Source: Parcubacteria group bacterium
GTDB lineage: Bacteria; Patescibacteriota; Minisyncoccia; 2-02-FULL-40-12
Assembly (NCBI GenBank): GCA_016186395.1
Contig: JACPLU010000003.1
Span: 76,289-140,288 of the forward strand
Reading direction: 5' to 3'
Length of the DNA: 64,000 nucleotides
Shown here: piece after piece, positions 61,065 to 64,000 of the stretch
Layout: every line of letters starts with the position of its first letter
Position numbering within the stretch: the first letter of the stretch is position 1
Translations under genes and position numbers: made by a program
The notes under the pieces: model-generated
Databases searched by the model: none
Seen by the model: the letters and a program-made list of their open reading frames with translations, nothing else
Told to the model about the DNA's origin: nothing

Positions 61065-62306
61065 ATGCTTAGGAAAGTTTCCTTTTTCCTTATTTTTTGT
61101 TTTCTTGTTTATATTTTATTTTTTAGTTTGGTTTCAGCTGATCAAGTTCAGGATCGAATTGACCAGTTAAGGCAACAAATTCAGGCTCTAGAGGAGCAGT
61201 CTCAAAAATATAGGCAAGATATAAATCGGACTCGCCAGGAAGGAGAAAGTTTAAAGCAGGAAATAGCGAGTTTAAACAGTCAGCTTAATCAGCTTTTGGT
61301 TCAGATCAGGATTACTTCAAATAAAATAACAACCAAGGAATTGGAGATTCAACAACTTCAGTCGCAGATGGGCGATCTTTTATTAAAGATAGACGAATCA
61401 AAATTAACCATTAGTCAGTTGATTAGAGAAATTAATGAACTTGATAATGTTTCTTTGTTAGCAATGCTTTTTAAATATGCCCAATTGTCAGAAATTTTTA
61501 ATCAATATGAACAAACATCGAATATTCAACAAGAACTTTTAACTAAGATTGAAGAGTTAAAAGATTTCCGTGACGAATTAAATGTTAAAAAGGGAGACGC
61601 AGAAGTGAAACAACAAGATCTTGAAAATCTTAAATCCCAACAGCAAGCGGAAAGATCAACGGTTAACGGTGCAAAGTCCCAAAAAGATAATTTGCTTAAG
61701 ATAACTAAAGGTCAAGAAGTCCAGTATCAAAAACTTTTGGTTGACATAGAAAAAAAGAAAACCGAGTTCTTTAAAGAATTACAACAATTAGAGTTGCAAG
61801 CTCGGGGTAAGGGAGAGTTTATAGTTCATGTAACCGCAAAATCAATACCACCTAGGGGAACAAAAATCTTTCAGTGGCCGGAAGCTGTCAAGCGCTTGAC
61901 TCAAGGTTATGGAATGACGGCTTTTGCCCGTCGCGGAGCATATGGTGGCGCCCCGCATAATGGGATTGATATGGCTATTGGTTTTGGTTCAGAACTTAAA
62001 GCAATTGGGTCTGGTGTAATCTTAGCAAGCGGTAACAATAATGGATGGGGAAATTGGGTGGCAGTAAGGCATGATAATGATTTAGTGAGTTTGTATGGCC
62101 ACATGAGTACTCCAACCTTTTTGAAAGTCGGACAGCGTGTATCTCCTGGGACAGTCATTGGATATGAGGGAGCAACAGGAAATGTGACTGGCTCGCATCT
62201 TCATCTTAGTTTATATAGAGATTTTTTCACCTATATAAGTGAGAAAACCGGACAGCTTTATTTTAACTATTTTGAAGGGACGCTTAACCCCCTTGACTAC
62301 TTATAG
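61065..62306 (+). CDS. Coiled-coil M23 peptidase (EnvC/CwlO-like)
   Basis: Signal peptide, long coiled coil, HNGID, YGH and HLH motifs. Confidence 0.92.
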   Translation: MLRKVSFFLIFCFLVYILFFSLVSADQVQDRIDQLRQQIQALEEQSQKYRQDINRTRQEGESLKQEIASLNSQLNQLLVQIRITSNKITTKELEIQQLQSQMGDLLLKIDESKLTISQLIREINELDNVSLLAMLFKYAQLSEIFNQYEQTSNIQQELLTKIEELKDFRDELNVKKGDAEVKQQDLENLKSQQQAERSTVNGAKSQKDNLLKITKGQEVQYQKLLVDIEKKKTEFFKELQQLELQARGKGEFIVHVTAKSIPPRGTKIFQWPEAVKRLTQGYGMTAFARRGAYGGAPHNGIDMAIGFGSELKAIGSGVILASGNNNGWGNWVAVRHDNDLVSLYGHMSTPTFLKVGQRVSPGTVIGYEGATGNVTGSHLHLSLYRDFFTYISEKTGQLYFNYFEGTLNPLDYL

Positions 62307-62361
62307 AATAAATGATAGTTTAGCCAATAGATTTTAGTAGATTAACAAAAGAATAGGGAGG

Positions 62362-63275
62362 ATGGTTATGCTAAGAAGGGCTATAATTTTGGTGTCTATG
62401 TTTTTATGTTTATGTTTCTTTTCTGCTCACTCTAGACTAGTCTTTGATTCAGGGCTGATATTTAATATGGTTATTCAGCTTAGCCAAGGTAGGGAACCGG
62501 GAGCAAGGTTGTTTGTTGAACAAAATCTTGTTGATATAATGAGGCTTCAAGAAAAAGAATTTAAGATTAAATATTCTGGTGTACCAAATGTGGAATATAG
62601 ATTATCCGAAGATTCATCTAGCTCTATTCTCAGTAGTTATAAACCTGGTACCAAAACAATATATTTAAATATCCCGTTTTTCGCTGAAGTTTCTCTATTT
62701 TCAGATTTGTCCTTAAAATGGAATACGGTAAACTGATTTTACCCAACGAATCAGATTTTTTAGTAGATAATGATTTAATGAGGGTAATTAAGTTTGTGTA
62801 TCTCTTTGAGCCATTAACCAGTGATTATTTTACTAAATTTTCTTTAAGACGATCTGAATATTTAAAACGATTACTAGAACATGAAATGGGACATTTTTAT
62901 CAAGATCAAATCTCATCATATAAAATATATAATGGGAGTGAATTTTTACAACCAGTTGGTACCTTTGATACCTGGGTAAATAAGATAATAAGAGAGGGTA
63001 TAGCCGAATATTTTGATTGGCATTTGAATGGCCCCCACAATATACAATCGAAATTAGATCGAAATACGATGAATCCAGAGAATTTAGCTACATATATTTT
63101 CTATCGCGATGATATCGATGTGTATGACGAAGGCTATATTTTTGTCAGGCCAATATTGGAAGATTCAGTAGAATATGGGGTTATATATTTAACCCGATAC
63201 CCTCCAAAAGCCCATGATTTATTTTATCCAGATAAGTACTATGAGCGTTTCAGATCTTTTTTAAATAAGAAATGA
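62362..63275 (+). CDS. Exported zinc metallopeptidase-like protein in two overlapping ORFs (62362-62736, 62718-63275)
   Basis: Signal peptide in ORF1; HEMGH..EGIAEY in ORF2. Confidence 0.55.
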
Positions 63276-63308
63276 TTTTGTAGACTCTTTAGCGGTTACA
63301 GCCGTTTT

Positions 63309-63381
63309 CCCCATAGTGAAAATTTGGAAAGCTTCGCTAGATGATGCTTTTAGCATCATATTCCAAATTTCTACTACGGGG
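63309..63381. repeat. Copy of the 60875 palindromic element
   Basis: Nearly identical to 60875-60947. Confidence 0.8.
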
Positions 63382-63419
63382 TTTTTTGTTTTTAGAAAAT
63401 ATATTAAAGTAAGGATACC

Positions 63420-64000
63420 ATGCAAAATATATTAGTTTTAGGCGGTGGATTTGGAGGTATAAGAGTTGCTTTGGACTTAGAAAGAAAATTACGTCACGTG
63501 ATAAACCACGAAAAAAATTGGCGTGTCGTTTTAATTGATAGAAATGCAAACCATACCTTCACGCCAAATCTTTATGAGGTGGCATCGGCTTATGGGGTTA
63601 AAAAAGAGCCATATCAAATTAAATTGCGCGGCTCGATTTGTATTCCTTACGGGATAATTTTTGCCAATCATAAAATAGATTTTATTCAGGCGGAGATCTC
63701 AAAAATTGATATTGAAAACAGAAAAATTATAACTGGCGGGGGAGAAGAAATTGATTTTGATTACTTAGTTTTAGGACTTGGCGCCGAGGTAAATGACTAT
63801 GGAATCCCCGGAGTTAGTGAATATGCTTATCAGATGAAAACCATTGACGATGGAATTGCAATAAATGAAAAGTTGAACCAGATATTTAAAGAGGGGAAAG
63901 AAGGAGTAAAAGAATTACCGGTTCGTATTATTATTGGCGGCGGTGGATTTACTGGGGTTGAAACAGCCGCCGAAATCGCTTGCTGTGTGGAAAATTTAAG
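63420..64000 (+). CDS. ndh: Type II NADH dehydrogenase-like FAD oxidoreductase (3' truncated)
   Basis: MQNILVLGGGFGG..LIDRN..FTPNLYEVA..GGGFTGVETAAE, translated by hand. Confidence 0.85.
   Translation, partial: MQNILVLGGGFGGIRVALDLERKLRHVINHEKNWRVVLIDRNANHTFTPNLYEVASAYGVKKEPYQIKLRGSICIPYGIIFANHKIDFIQAEISKIDIENRKIITGGGEEIDFDYLVLGLGAEVNDYGIPGVSEYAYQMKTIDDGIAINEKLNQIFKEGKEGVKELPVRIIIGGGGFTGVETAAEIACCVENL

Overview
64 kb of an AT-rich bacterial chromosome using genetic code 11. The gene content points to Patescibacteria/CPR (Parcubacteria-like): DUF4012, DUF5652, degenerate PriA, split dcw cluster. This taxonomic call is an inference. Housekeeping genes: mraY, ftsW, groES/EL, rpsB, tsf, rpmG, mltG, gdhA, rplJ/L, mraZ-rsmH-ftsL-ftsI-murF, rplU, recR, dnaB, cysS, efp, fmt, def, priA, gltX, ndh. 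There are six intact tRNAs plus tRNA relics. The most unusual signals are: (1) two free-standing HTH-LAGLIDADG genes whose stop codons lie inside tRNA-Tyr and tRNA-Trp; (2) a covarying three-way-junction element in five copies plus two relatives, with conserved loops and stem lengths but unrelated stem sequences; (3) two paralogous ~135-nt promoter-to-terminator small RNAs with variable 5' parts and a conserved 3' block, each behind an 87-bp duplicate of the cysS 5' end and bracketing an XRE gene pair; (4) a GxxExxY nuclease cassette with 9-mer terminal inverted repeats and two empty copies inside ribosomal operons; (5) REP-like and heptamer repeats inserted in frame in essential genes. All calls were made by eye without database searches.
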